From positions 47,458-111,457 of the IMG/VR virus record IMGVR_UViG_3300031521_000025: a stretch of 64,000 nucleotides of DNA; one strand, given 5' to 3'. This DNA is from a virus. The notes under the pieces were generated by a model. The model saw nothing but the letters and a program-made list of their open reading frames with translations. It made no database searches and was not told the origin of the DNA. The translations under genes and the position numbers were made by a program. This document shows, piece after piece, positions 36,898 to 46,317 of this stretch. Numbering within the stretch: the stretch's first letter is position 1; the number at the start of each line of letters is the position of its first letter.

Positions 36898-37512
36898 ATG
36901 GCCTATAGTAAAAATATAAAAGGAATAGCTGGAGAAGTTTTCGTAAAAAAATATTGCAAAGAAAACAATATTAATTACACAGCAACAAGTGAAACACAAA
37001 ACAGAGAAGAAGGTATTGATTGCTATATAGATAATATAGCAATTGATATAAAAAATACAGATTGTATTTATTTTCTTCAAATTGATTTTAATGGGACTTT
37101 TTTAGCTAGACACCCTTTTAGAGATTCAAGCAAAGCTACTCATTATTGTTTTGTAGATGTAAACGAGAAAGGTGACGGAAAATTTAAAAGTTTTGTTCCT
37201 ATAACAAATTATTTGTTAGATAATTATTTTAACAATGCACAAGATTTGGAAAGTTTCAAAGAAGCTTTACAAGCAATGAATAACAAAAGTTGTTTTGAAT
37301 ATGGTTCAAGCATAGAGCAGGCAGCTTTTGTTGTTAAAAAAACTTTAACTCCTTATTTGAAAAATTCTTATATTTTTTATAATATAAACCGAGACACATT
37401 ACAATTAGCAGATTTTAAGATAATAATAAAAAAAGAAGAAATAAAGAAGGTTATGAAAAAAGAAGAGAAGAAAATTAAACCAAAAAGAGAAGTTATTGAA
37501 ATAAATTTATAA
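36898..37512 (+). CDS. putative PD-(D/E)xK nuclease
   Basis: G..GE...Y ... GIDCYI....IDIK. Confidence 0.55.
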   Translation: MAYSKNIKGIAGEVFVKKYCKENNINYTATSETQNREEGIDCYIDNIAIDIKNTDCIYFLQIDFNGTFLARHPFRDSSKATHYCFVDVNEKGDGKFKSFVPITNYLLDNYFNNAQDLESFKEALQAMNNKSCFEYGSSIEQAAFVVKKTLTPYLKNSYIFYNINRDTLQLADFKIIIKKEEIKKVMKKEEKKIKPKREVIEINL

Positions 37513-37517
37513 TTAAG

Positions 37518-37844
37518 ATGTTAAACAATTATTTTTTTGTATTTAAAATATCTAATTTTGCTGAAAAAGTTTTATTAGATGAAAAAACTTCAAGTTATAT
37601 AAAGTTTTTCTTGAAGCTAAGGTTAAAAAAAGTTAAATATTTTGAAACCTTTGATGTTGATGATAGTTCTTATGTTGTAATAGGTTCAGCTTATGTTGAA
37701 AAAAATGTTAAGTTGAAAGTTTTTTTTCTTGAATTATATGCACACTTAAAAGATGAAAAAATAAAACCTTCTTTTAAAATGAAAGAGAAAGTAATAAATA
37801 ATGTTAATTTGAAAATGTTTAAAATATCTAAATTTAAATGGTAA
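37518..37844 (+). CDS. hypothetical protein
   Basis: Operonic ORF. Confidence 0.55.
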   Translation: MLNNYFFVFKISNFAEKVLLDEKTSSYIKFFLKLRLKKVKYFETFDVDDSSYVVIGSAYVEKNVKLKVFFLELYAHLKDEKIKPSFKMKEKVINNVNLKMFKISKFKW

Positions 37845-38386
37845 AAATAATAATGCTTTTAGGTGTTTCCAAAAGCGGAAAAGACACAACAGGAGAAGAG
37901 CTGGTAAAAAATAATTATATTAGAATAGCCGCTGCAGATAAAGCAAAACAAGAGTTTTGTGAAATAAATAATATTCCTCTTGAATATCTAATGGTTCAAG
38001 GCCCTTTAAAGGAAAAATATAGAGGTGCTTTAATTGAATATGCAGAAGATAAAAGAAAAATAGATAAATGTTATTGGATAAATAAAGCATTTGAACCATA
38101 TTTAGATAATGAATCTGTTTTAAAACCAGGTAGATATGTAATAACAGACTTTAGAAGAATAGATGAAATAGATTGGTTTTATTCAATGAAAGAAAAAGGA
38201 GTTGATGTTAAAATTATTTTAATTGAAAGACCAGGAACTATAGAAAATGATGTTTTAACTTTAAAAACATTAGCTAGAGCAGCAAGAGAAGCTATTATAT
38301 ATGATAAAATAGTAAATGATTCTTCGTTAGAAGATTTAAAAATAAAAATAAATAATCAAATAATTAAAATAAAAGACAATGAGTAA
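37838..38386 (+). CDS. deoxynucleoside monophosphate kinase-like P-loop protein
   Basis: GVSKSGKDT, AD..K, YWI, VITDFR..DE, I.ND. Confidence 0.75.
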   Translation: MVKIIMLLGVSKSGKDTTGEELVKNNYIRIAAADKAKQEFCEINNIPLEYLMVQGPLKEKYRGALIEYAEDKRKIDKCYWINKAFEPYLDNESVLKPGRYVITDFRRIDEIDWFYSMKEKGVDVKIILIERPGTIENDVLTLKTLARAAREAIIYDKIVNDSSLEDLKIKINNQIIKIKDNE

Positions 38387-38576
38387 TTTTTATGTAACTT
38401 TTAAAAAAAATGGGATTTTAAAAAGAGGTGTATTATCAGAATCGCAATACAAAGTGTATTCAAGTGATAATTCTGTTTCTAACCTTGAGGTACACCCGTC
38501 TCAAAAAACAATGGAAGAATATTATAATATTTCTATTGGAAAATCTGGGTCTAGTAAAAGTTTATTGTTAGGGTAA
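38379..38576 (+). CDS. hypothetical protein
   Basis: Operonic ORF. Confidence 0.55.
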   Translation: MSNFYVTFKKNGILKRGVLSESQYKVYSSDNSVSNLEVHPSQKTMEEYYNISIGKSGSSKSLLLG

Positions 38577-38990
38577 ATGAGCTATACTGAACAAATAAAA
38601 AATGCTTATCTTTTTAAAAAAGGATTAAAGCAAAGTTTAACTGAAAGTGAAGCTAATTTATCTCTTTTATATTCTGAAGAGGAATTAAAAAACATTTTTT
38701 ACGAAAAAACAGAAAATGTTAAACCTGAAGTTGTAAATAAAATGATATTCTTAGCAAAAGAAGCTTTAGATAAACTAAAAGGAGAAGAATATGAAAAACT
38801 AAACACAAGTTTCAACAACATCTTAAACGGATGGGAGTTAGGGCATGGTGAAAAAGTTAAAATTTCAAAACTTAATCAAGAAGAAATTAGAATTCTTTAT
38901 AAAGATTTGTTAGAATTGTTTAATAAAAATAAAATAAAACTTTCTTTAGAAGAAATAAATTTAAATTTAATAGATACACTAAATAAATAA
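38577..38990 (+). CDS. hypothetical protein
   Basis: Operonic ORF. Confidence 0.6.
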   Translation: MSYTEQIKNAYLFKKGLKQSLTESEANLSLLYSEEELKNIFYEKTENVKPEVVNKMIFLAKEALDKLKGEEYEKLNTSFNNILNGWELGHGEKVKISKLNQEEIRILYKDLLELFNKNKIKLSLEEINLNLIDTLNK

Positions 38991-38994
38991 ACAA

Positions 38995-39498
38995 ATGATA
39001 TATAATCCAAAAAAAGCATTAGAAAATGGGTTTTTAATTGCACCAGAGCAAGTTGATTTAGAAAAAAACATACAACAAAATGGAGTAGATGTAGATTGTG
39101 ACAAAGTTTTTTTGATACAATCTGAACCTTTAATCATAAGTGAAGATTTTAAATCTGGAACTGGTTCTATAGAAATTCTTCCAGAAAAAGTATACGGTTT
39201 GGATGAATCAAAAGAATGGTTTTTTTTAAAAGCAGGGCGTGCATATACTTTTGATTCAAGTTTTAATGTAAATGTTCCTAGTTTTTTAGGAGCAAAACTA
39301 ATAGGAAGGTCAACTTTCAACAGAAATGGAATTTTAATTAGAAGCTCTTGGTATGATTCAGGTTTTAAAGGAAACGCTGGTGCAACTATATACTGTTTTA
39401 GAGATCTTATAATTGAAAAAGGAACTAGAATTGCTCAAATAATTTTCGAAGAAGCAGATTCTTCAAGTATGTATAACGGTCAATATCAAAGCAAATAA
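38995..39498 (+). CDS. dCTP deaminase / trimeric dUTPase family protein
   Basis: QQNGVD, GRSTFNRNG, YDSGFKG, RIAQI, YNGQYQ. Confidence 0.85.
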   Translation: MIYNPKKALENGFLIAPEQVDLEKNIQQNGVDVDCDKVFLIQSEPLIISEDFKSGTGSIEILPEKVYGLDESKEWFFLKAGRAYTFDSSFNVNVPSFLGAKLIGRSTFNRNGILIRSSWYDSGFKGNAGATIYCFRDLIIEKGTRIAQIIFEEADSSSMYNGQYQSK

Positions 39499-39499
39499 T

Positions 39500-39721
39500 A
39501 TGATTGTAACAGCGTTAATTATTTCAATTATTTCTTTATTAGTTGGTATATTTTCAATTTATTCATGCATTCAGTTTGTAAAAAATCTTAAAACTACAGA
39601 TGATACAATAATAGCTTTAGATAAAAAAGATGATGAAACTAGGCAAATAATTATGAAAGCTATTAAAAAAGAATTAATTGACACAGATGGTAGTTTAAGA
39701 AAAAGTTATGAAATGGAATAA
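39500..39721 (+). CDS. small membrane protein
   Basis: N-terminal hydrophobic helix. Confidence 0.6.
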   Translation: MIVTALIISIISLLVGIFSIYSCIQFVKNLKTTDDTIIALDKKDDETRQIIMKAIKKELIDTDGSLRKSYEME

Positions 39722-39723
39722 AA

Positions 39724-40152
39724 ATGAGTATAGATTTTAAAAAAAACAAAAAAGTTGAATTGCTTTTAATAGCACAAACTTTAAACCTAGAAGTAGATAG
39801 TGAAACAACAAGAAATGATTTGATTGCTAAAATTGAAGAATATGTTTTAATTAACGATACTTCTGAAGAGCAAATTAAAGAAATTTTGTTTCCTTCAATT
39901 GAAAAAAACATTACAGATGTTGATTCATCAATTGATCAAAAAGAACAGTCATTAGAAAATGTTATTAAAATTGATAACCTTGATTCAGAAGTTCTTACAG
40001 AAAAAACCCCATTTTCAAAACTAAGTAAAATGGAAAAAGAATGGGCTACTTTTTTGAAAGATAGAAATATGTCTGCAAGAGAGTTTTTAACCTATAGACC
40101 AAAAATACTTCAAAAAGAAATTATTGAATCTTTAGAAAAATATGGATATTAA
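39724..40152 (+). CDS. hypothetical protein with Rho-N/HeH-like N-terminal motif
   Basis: KKVELLLIA..LNLEV....TRNDLIAKI. Confidence 0.5.
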   Translation: MSIDFKKNKKVELLLIAQTLNLEVDSETTRNDLIAKIEEYVLINDTSEEQIKEILFPSIEKNITDVDSSIDQKEQSLENVIKIDNLDSEVLTEKTPFSKLSKMEKEWATFLKDRNMSAREFLTYRPKILQKEIIESLEKYGY

Positions 40153-40678
40153 TAAATTTAAATTATTAGAAGATGGCGTTGATATCGACAACGCCAGCAT
40201 TTACTTTTCTGGGCCTATCGAAAGTGATTTTCTATTCTTATTAAGAACAAGAATAGAAATGTTAAAAATTTACAACAAAGAAAGAAGTAGAGGTAATTCT
40301 AGTTTTACTATTAAATTATTTATTGATTCTATTGGAGGTGATTTAATTTCAACCTTTTGCGCAATAGAATATTTTGAAAGATTAAAAAAAGATAATGTTT
40401 TATTAGATATTATTGCAGAGGGTCGGTGTTACTCTTCTGCTTTAGTATTACTTTTAGGGGCAACAGGAAAGCGCTTTGCAGTTCCTAGTACAATTTTTAT
40501 GTATCATAAATTTACAAATTACTTACCAGCAAAAGAGTTAAATGATTTTATTTCTTTGAAGTTTGAAAAAACTTTAAAGAATTGCGATATTAAAACAATT
40601 GAGTTTACTGAAAAGGATTATTATTTTGGAATTAGTGATGCATTAAAATATAATGTAATTAATAATATTTTTGTTTAA
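40142..40678 (+). CDS. ClpP-like serine protease subunit
   Basis: IYFSGPI, IDSIGGD, CYSSA (Ser), FMYH (His), DALKYNVI. Confidence 0.75.
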   Translation: MDINKFKLLEDGVDIDNASIYFSGPIESDFLFLLRTRIEMLKIYNKERSRGNSSFTIKLFIDSIGGDLISTFCAIEYFERLKKDNVLLDIIAEGRCYSSALVLLLGATGKRFAVPSTIFMYHKFTNYLPAKELNDFISLKFEKTLKNCDIKTIEFTEKDYYFGISDALKYNVINNIFV

Positions 40679-40693
40679 AAAAAAATTTAAAGT

Positions 40694-41533
40694 ATGAGAT
40701 CACCCGTAAAATTAAGCGAATCAAAAAAAAGACTCTTTTTAGAACCAGAAGTCGTAACTTATTTAAAAAACGTTGAAAAGCTTAAAAAGAATTTTACAAA
40801 AGATGAAGAAAGAGAGTTAATTATTAGAGCTCAAAAAGGAGATATTGAAGCTAGAAATGCTTTAGTAGAAGATAATTTAAAGTTTGTAGTAGCTTGTGCG
40901 AAAGAATTTCATAATCACAAAACAAACATTAGAGATTTAATTAGTAGCGGTAATTTAGGGTTAATAAATGCAATTAATAAATATGATCTTACAAAAGATT
41001 CAAAATTAATATCTTGCGCAGTTTGGTGGATTAAAGCCGAGTTGCAAAATTACATTTACGACAATACTTTAGTTCACATTCCTCTTAATAAAATTAAAGA
41101 AGTTGAAAAAGTTAATGCTAGAATTAAAAGTACAGAAGAAAAAGGTGATTTTTTAAACGCTGAAGATACATTTTCTTCTTCTAAAGTAAGTTATTCTCAA
41201 GCATCAAGTGGAATGGAAAATCTTGTAAGTTTAGACATTTCAAATAGTTTAGAAAACGAAGACGCTTACGAAATCCCTTCAAACAATACTATTGATTCTT
41301 ATAGTATTTTTAAATCTAAAGATAATCTATATAACGTAAATAAAGTTTTAAAAGTATTAACACCACTTGAAAAAGAATTATTCGTTGAAAAATATGGAAT
41401 TTATGGAGAAGAAGCTAGAACAGACGAAGTTTTGTGTACAAAGTTTGGAATAAGTAGTTTTGTTGTAAAAAAAACAATTAAAAGTTCTATTGAAAAAATT
41501 AATAAAGTTATTAAAATTGAAGAATTAGTATAA
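40694..41533 (+). CDS. sigma-70 family RNA polymerase sigma factor
   Basis: EERELI.RAQ.GD..ARNALVE.NLKFVV..AK, DLIS.GNLGLI.A..KYD, AVWWIK. Confidence 0.92.
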   Translation: MRSPVKLSESKKRLFLEPEVVTYLKNVEKLKKNFTKDEERELIIRAQKGDIEARNALVEDNLKFVVACAKEFHNHKTNIRDLISSGNLGLINAINKYDLTKDSKLISCAVWWIKAELQNYIYDNTLVHIPLNKIKEVEKVNARIKSTEEKGDFLNAEDTFSSSKVSYSQASSGMENLVSLDISNSLENEDAYEIPSNNTIDSYSIFKSKDNLYNVNKVLKVLTPLEKELFVEKYGIYGEEARTDEVLCTKFGISSFVVKKTIKSSIEKINKVIKIEELV

Positions 41534-41535
41534 TT

Positions 41536-41967
41536 ATGATAATCAAGAAAAAATATAAATTTGAAGCTGCATATGTAGATGAAGACGGTGTTCAAGGAGG
41601 TAGTTTTGAAATGCATGTAAGTTTTAAACTAAAAACTTCAAAAGAAGTTTTAGAATCGGTAGAAAAAATTGCAGATAATTTTGATCATTCTATAATGTTT
41701 TCTACCACAAACAATAATGTTCTTTTTTTAAAAGATTCATCTGAAAGAAAAATTATTTTAGAAAATATTCATACAAAAAACATAACTCCGCTTTTATATG
41801 CTTATTTAACATTATATAGCATCCCAACTGAAGTTAGAAAGCTTATTAAACAAATAGAAGTTGATGATACTAAAGATACTTCTTATGTAATAAAACAAAG
41901 TGATTTAAAAAAAGAAGAAAAAAAAGATTTTATTCCTTTATTTAGTATAGAAAATTTAAAAAAATAA
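41536..41967 (+). CDS. QueD-like T-fold protein lacking catalytic His/Cys
   Basis: I.KKYKFEAA, FDHS and IEV.DT pattern, but no HGH or Cys. Confidence 0.55.
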   Translation: MIIKKKYKFEAAYVDEDGVQGGSFEMHVSFKLKTSKEVLESVEKIADNFDHSIMFSTTNNNVLFLKDSSERKIILENIHTKNITPLLYAYLTLYSIPTEVRKLIKQIEVDDTKDTSYVIKQSDLKKEEKKDFIPLFSIENLKK

Positions 41968-41969
41968 AA

Positions 41970-42572
41970 ATGGAAATTAGAAAAGAGTTTACTTTTAAAG
42001 GAGCGCATCGTGTATGTAATTGTAGTTCAGATAGATGCAAATATTCTATTCATGGTCATAAATATGTAGTCGAAATTTTTATTTCGTCAGAACCAGATGA
42101 AAATAATCAAATTTTAGATAACGGCCAAATGGTTTATGATTTTGGTTTAACAAAAACATCTTTAAAAGATTTTGTAAAATCGTTTGATAACACATATGAG
42201 TTATGGAATAAAGAATCTGAAGAATTTAAAAGCAACATCAAAAAAATAAACAAAAGATGGGTTGAGTTGCCTTTTTCTCCTAGTGCAGAATCATTGTCAA
42301 TTATGTTTTTAAAAGTTGCAAATACAATTTTAGCTAATACTACAACAAACAACGGAGAAAAAAGAATATTTGTTACTAGAGTTAAAGTACACGAAACAAG
42401 AACAGGTTATGCAGAAGCAACCATTGAAGATTTGAAATCAATTAATTATGAAATTAAAGATATTATTTTCTCTCAAGGTGTTTTAGATGCATTTTCTCAA
42501 GAATTTAAAGATGTTGTATTTAATAACATAGGTGTTTTTATTAATCCTATAGTAGAACAACAAATTTTTTAA
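41970..42572 (+). CDS. queD: 6-carboxy-5,6,7,8-tetrahydropterin synthase
   Basis: F.GAH...C..SIHGH.Y, MVYDFG, PSAE, V.VHET. Confidence 0.88.
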   Translation: MEIRKEFTFKGAHRVCNCSSDRCKYSIHGHKYVVEIFISSEPDENNQILDNGQMVYDFGLTKTSLKDFVKSFDNTYELWNKESEEFKSNIKKINKRWVELPFSPSAESLSIMFLKVANTILANTTTNNGEKRIFVTRVKVHETRTGYAEATIEDLKSINYEIKDIIFSQGVLDAFSQEFKDVVFNNIGVFINPIVEQQIF

Positions 42573-42603
42573 AAAAAGTAATATTTAAGAATAAACTTTT
42601 ATT

Positions 42604-43242
42604 ATGATTGCAATATCAGCACGAGAAAGAATGGCAATGGTTGAAAATGGATATAATCCATTAATTGATCAGGACGTAATTAACTTTAGAGAAGGTACAA
42701 AGCCACAAGTTGGAGTTAAACATTTTGTAGAAGGAAATGGAGAATTTTCTTTTAATAGTTTAGGAGAAAAGCATATGACTTCTATACAAGATCAATATTA
42801 TGATGAAGATTTTACATCTTCTGTAGCAGAAGAAATTAAAGCAGAAGTTCCTGAGTTTTTTACTCAAACAAAAGCTTCCAATTCAAGAGAAAGTTTAAAA
42901 AACTCTATGGATAATTATAAATCTAAACCAGTTGATTTAAATGCTAAACTTCAATCTGTAATACAAAACAAAATTGCTCCTCAAACTGTAAAAAAAGAAG
43001 GTGTTACTTTAGATGTTGTTAAAAAAGCAGGATATAGTTCAGGTGCAAAATATTTAAATGCGTTTCATGCATTAATAAAGAGTCCTAGCGAACAAAATAG
43101 AAATTTTTTGCTTGAAAAAATTGGAGAAATGTTGCAAGAAGAAGAAAAATATAAAAATTCTACAGGATATAAGTCTTTCCAAGCAGGATTAGCAGATGCA
43201 GAAGCAAAATTGTATAAACTTTTAACAGAAAAAAGAAAATAA
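42604..43242 (+). CDS. hypothetical protein
   Basis: 212-aa ORF. Confidence 0.65.
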   Translation: MIAISARERMAMVENGYNPLIDQDVINFREGTKPQVGVKHFVEGNGEFSFNSLGEKHMTSIQDQYYDEDFTSSVAEEIKAEVPEFFTQTKASNSRESLKNSMDNYKSKPVDLNAKLQSVIQNKIAPQTVKKEGVTLDVVKKAGYSSGAKYLNAFHALIKSPSEQNRNFLLEKIGEMLQEEEKYKNSTGYKSFQAGLADAEAKLYKLLTEKRK

Positions 43243-44321
43243 TGAGTATAGATTCAAAAATAGGTTATGAAATTATCGATAATTATGTAGATTCCTTAAA
43301 AAAAGAGGAATTAATTCCTTTGGTAACTAAATTACTTAAAGAATCTGATAGTCAAAAAACTTTATTGTCTAATTTAGTTGATTCTTTTATTAAAGTTAAT
43401 AATGATGACCAAATTATAGAAGAAAACTGGGATTGGTTTGTTGAAACTTTAAATCAAGTAGAAAAAGAGAAAGAGTTTATTCAATTTTGTAGAAAAATTA
43501 ACATAAAACTATATGTTTTAAGACATTTTACTAAAATTAAATTTGGTGATGCTAAATTTATTGAAAATGAATTAAAGTTTAAATTAAAAACATATTTTAA
43601 TTTACTTAAAGCAAACACTAAATCAAAATTTATTCAAAATTTATATGATTTGCCTTTCGAATTTTCTTCTTTATTAGTTAGATATTACACAAATATTTTA
43701 ATTGAAGAAGAAGAAAAAAGAGATGCTTTTAAAGCTTCAAAAAAAATTGCTGATACTTGCTTAAAAGATGTTTTAGAAAAGAAAAATGATTTTTTAAAAC
43801 AAATTAATGATATTTCATTAGGATTATATACAAATATTTCTTATGGAGTTATTAAAGAATTGCTTGATATGAGGGTCTTTTTTAACTATAATGCTTTAAA
43901 TGCAGGAGCTCTTGAGTTTATTGTAAGATTTATCAACTCTAAAGAAAAAGAATTAGAAGAAAAATATGGAAAAAATTCTTCAGAATTAACAAAAGAGTTA
44001 ATTTTTTCATACCCATGTTATATTTTTCATATAAAAAGAATTAAAGAAGGAAAAGATGCTCCTTTTTTCTTGGAAAATGGAACACAAAACGAAAAAAAGG
44101 AATTTACATATGATGATTATGTTAAAAAGATTTTAGAACCTAAGAATTATTCTCCTACAACAAGAGAATTTGGAGATACTGTTGATATAGATTCAGAAAT
44201 GGAAAACTCTGAACTTTCTTCCGATGATGAAGGTGGTAGTTTAGAAATGGGTAGTGAAGAACCTATTGAAAGTGTTGAAACTGAAGAACCTACAGAAGAA
44301 GATTTAATGTCTCAAATTTAA
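43242..44321 (+). CDS. hypothetical protein with acidic C-terminus
   Basis: 359-aa ORF, TAATG-coupled. Confidence 0.65.
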   Translation: MSIDSKIGYEIIDNYVDSLKKEELIPLVTKLLKESDSQKTLLSNLVDSFIKVNNDDQIIEENWDWFVETLNQVEKEKEFIQFCRKINIKLYVLRHFTKIKFGDAKFIENELKFKLKTYFNLLKANTKSKFIQNLYDLPFEFSSLLVRYYTNILIEEEEKRDAFKASKKIADTCLKDVLEKKNDFLKQINDISLGLYTNISYGVIKELLDMRVFFNYNALNAGALEFIVRFINSKEKELEEKYGKNSSELTKELIFSYPCYIFHIKRIKEGKDAPFFLENGTQNEKKEFTYDDYVKKILEPKNYSPTTREFGDTVDIDSEMENSELSSDDEGGSLEMGSEEPIESVETEEPTEEDLMSQI

Positions 44322-44372
44322 AATTTACTTTTTTTAGTTTTTTTTAAAATTTGTTGTATTTAAAACATATAT

Positions 44373-44444
44373 TGCGGGGTATATCAAGGGTGGATTAGCT
44401 GACTCATTATCAGCCGGTTGTCGGTTCGAGTCCGACCCCCGCTA
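44373..44444 (+). tRNA. tRNA-Met (CAU), initiator-like, CCA not encoded
   Basis: TGCGGGG/CCCCGCT acceptor; GCTGA-CTCATTA-TCAGC anticodon arm; GTCGG-TTCGAGT-CCGAC T arm. Confidence 0.88.
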
Positions 44445-44453
44445 CTAAATTTG

Positions 44454-44483
44454 AAAGAGTTAATTATTTAACTCTTTTTTTTT
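44454..44483 (+). terminator. intrinsic terminator after tRNA
   Basis: AAAGAGTTAA-loop-TTAACTCTTT followed by a T tract. Confidence 0.8.
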
Positions 44484-44556
44484 GCTTTATTATTAATTGA
44501 TTTTGGTTGCTATTTTTAGTTTTTATTTCTTATTTTAAATACAAAACAAAGTTATT

Positions 44557-45303
44557 ATGGCAAATGAAAATTTAGAAGAAGAAGATTTAATTTCGTTAGA
44601 TGAAAATTCTAAAAACGAAGATTTTTTACAATCTCTTGTAGAAAAAATGGATGTTAAATATGAAAAGAAAAGTGAAAAGAAAAAAAACAAAAAACCTATG
44701 AAGTTAGAGAAAGAGTTTGAAGAAGAACCTAAAAAAGAAGTTGAAGAAAAACAAGAATCAACTTTAATATCAAACAATATTGAAGAACAAGTAATTATTC
44801 TTGATACACTTGAAAAAAAAGAACCTGAAAAAGAAATAATTGAAAGTATTGTTTTAAAAACTAAACCTGATAATGTTTTTGTTTATTCTTGTGTAGTTGG
44901 AGACTTTAAACACGAATATTATTCTTATTATGTTGCAGCTTACACTCCAAATAATTCTATTGAAATTATTGAGCCATTTCAAGCTGGTATAATGTCAGAA
45001 ACTATTCTAAACAAAAAAACTGTAACTACAAAATATAAAAAAGAGTTAAAAGAATCTATATTTTTAAGTTTAGAAATAGGTGTTAATATTCAAACAGTAA
45101 AATATGACAAATGGATGAATTTAGAAAAAGAAAGAGTAGTAGATCTTTTTGAAAAAACTGTTTTAAATGAATATAGAAAACTTAATAGAGAAATAAAAGT
45201 AAAAAAAGTTGATGTTGACAAAACAATTAACTATCACAATGTTTCTTATGAAGAAACTCCAGATCAAGTAAGACAAAGATTAGCAGGGCAAGTAGGCGGA
45301 TGA
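44557..45303 (+). CDS. hypothetical protein
   Basis: 248-aa ORF with a charged N-terminus. Confidence 0.65.
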   Translation: MANENLEEEDLISLDENSKNEDFLQSLVEKMDVKYEKKSEKKKNKKPMKLEKEFEEEPKKEVEEKQESTLISNNIEEQVIILDTLEKKEPEKEIIESIVLKTKPDNVFVYSCVVGDFKHEYYSYYVAAYTPNNSIEIIEPFQAGIMSETILNKKTVTTKYKKELKESIFLSLEIGVNIQTVKYDKWMNLEKERVVDLFEKTVLNEYRKLNREIKVKKVDVDKTINYHNVSYEETPDQVRQRLAGQVGG

Positions 45304-45827
45304 AAATAATTTCTAAAGAAGGGTTTTCTCTTTTAGAGAGAAAATTTAAAGTTAAAATTAGTAAAGGGTATTTAAAACCTATTGTGTGTTTACATTTTTA
45401 CGAAAAAGAAGATAGTTTAATAAAACAATTTAGAGATTATTTATCTGATAGTGATGTAAGGTATAGTTTTAATTTTTACGATGTTGAAGTTTCTCAAACA
45501 GAGTTAATAAAAATTTTTGCAGACAAATATTTAGAAGATGGTAGATTTTGGTATTCTTATGATAAAATACATAATTGCAAAACTATGGATCACCAACAAC
45601 TTTCAAATTGTGTAAATAATTTAGATATTTTATTGACTTTAAACAAAATATCTTCTCAAAACGCGGAAGAGTATTTAAAAAACTTAAATGAATCTATAAT
45701 CCCTGAATTAAAAGAAAGGTTTGGAGAAAATATTCTAGAATATAAACCTTCAGGAGATTATGAGAAAACATTATTTAACGAATATTTAAAAATTATAAAA
45801 AAAGAAAAAAAAGATGTTAAAGAATAA
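45300..45827 (+). CDS. hypothetical protein
   Basis: ATGA-coupled ORF. Confidence 0.65.
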   Translation: MKIISKEGFSLLERKFKVKISKGYLKPIVCLHFYEKEDSLIKQFRDYLSDSDVRYSFNFYDVEVSQTELIKIFADKYLEDGRFWYSYDKIHNCKTMDHQQLSNCVNNLDILLTLNKISSQNAEEYLKNLNESIIPELKERFGENILEYKPSGDYEKTLFNEYLKIIKKEKKDVKE

Positions 45828-46221
45828 TTGCTTTTATAAATTGTTTGGTCATACAATTTATGTTTATGATTACAAACCATGGGGTGGAGATTATAAAGTT
45901 TTTTATAGAACTATAGATGGTAAAGAAGATTCTTATGTTGGAAGTATTTACGACATAAGAGAAGATTTTTCTGAAACTGAAGATGAATTTACTCTAAAAC
46001 CTAAAGTAGATATAGAAAAACACTTACAAGTTCCTGAAAAAACTAATATAGAACAAAAAAAAACAACTAATTATTATAAAATAGTTAAATATTATGATAA
46101 TAGCAAAACAAAAGGTGTTGTTTTAAAAAAAGATATCTTTGGGAAAGATTTAGCTTATGCATTATTAGGTAATATAAAAAAAACAAACAAAAAAGACATT
46201 TTAGGTGTAGAAATACAGTAA
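45814..46221 (+). CDS. hypothetical protein
   Basis: Operonic ORF. Confidence 0.6.
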   Translation: MLKNNCFYKLFGHTIYVYDYKPWGGDYKVFYRTIDGKEDSYVGSIYDIREDFSETEDEFTLKPKVDIEKHLQVPEKTNIEQKKTTNYYKIVKYYDNSKTKGVVLKKDIFGKDLAYALLGNIKKTNKKDILGVEIQ

Positions 46222-46247
46222 AATAATTTAAAAAAAATTTGTTTCGT

Positions 46248-46299
46248 AAGGTTTTTAATTGTATTTTTACTCGTTATTTAAAATACAATTAAAAACCTT
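46248..46299. repeat. perfect 20-bp inverted repeat upstream of dnaE
   Basis: AAGGTTTTTAATTGTATTTT / AAAATACAATTAAAAACCTT with a 12-nt spacer. Confidence 0.85.
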
Positions 46300-46317
46300 T
46301 TTAATTTTAAAAAAAAT

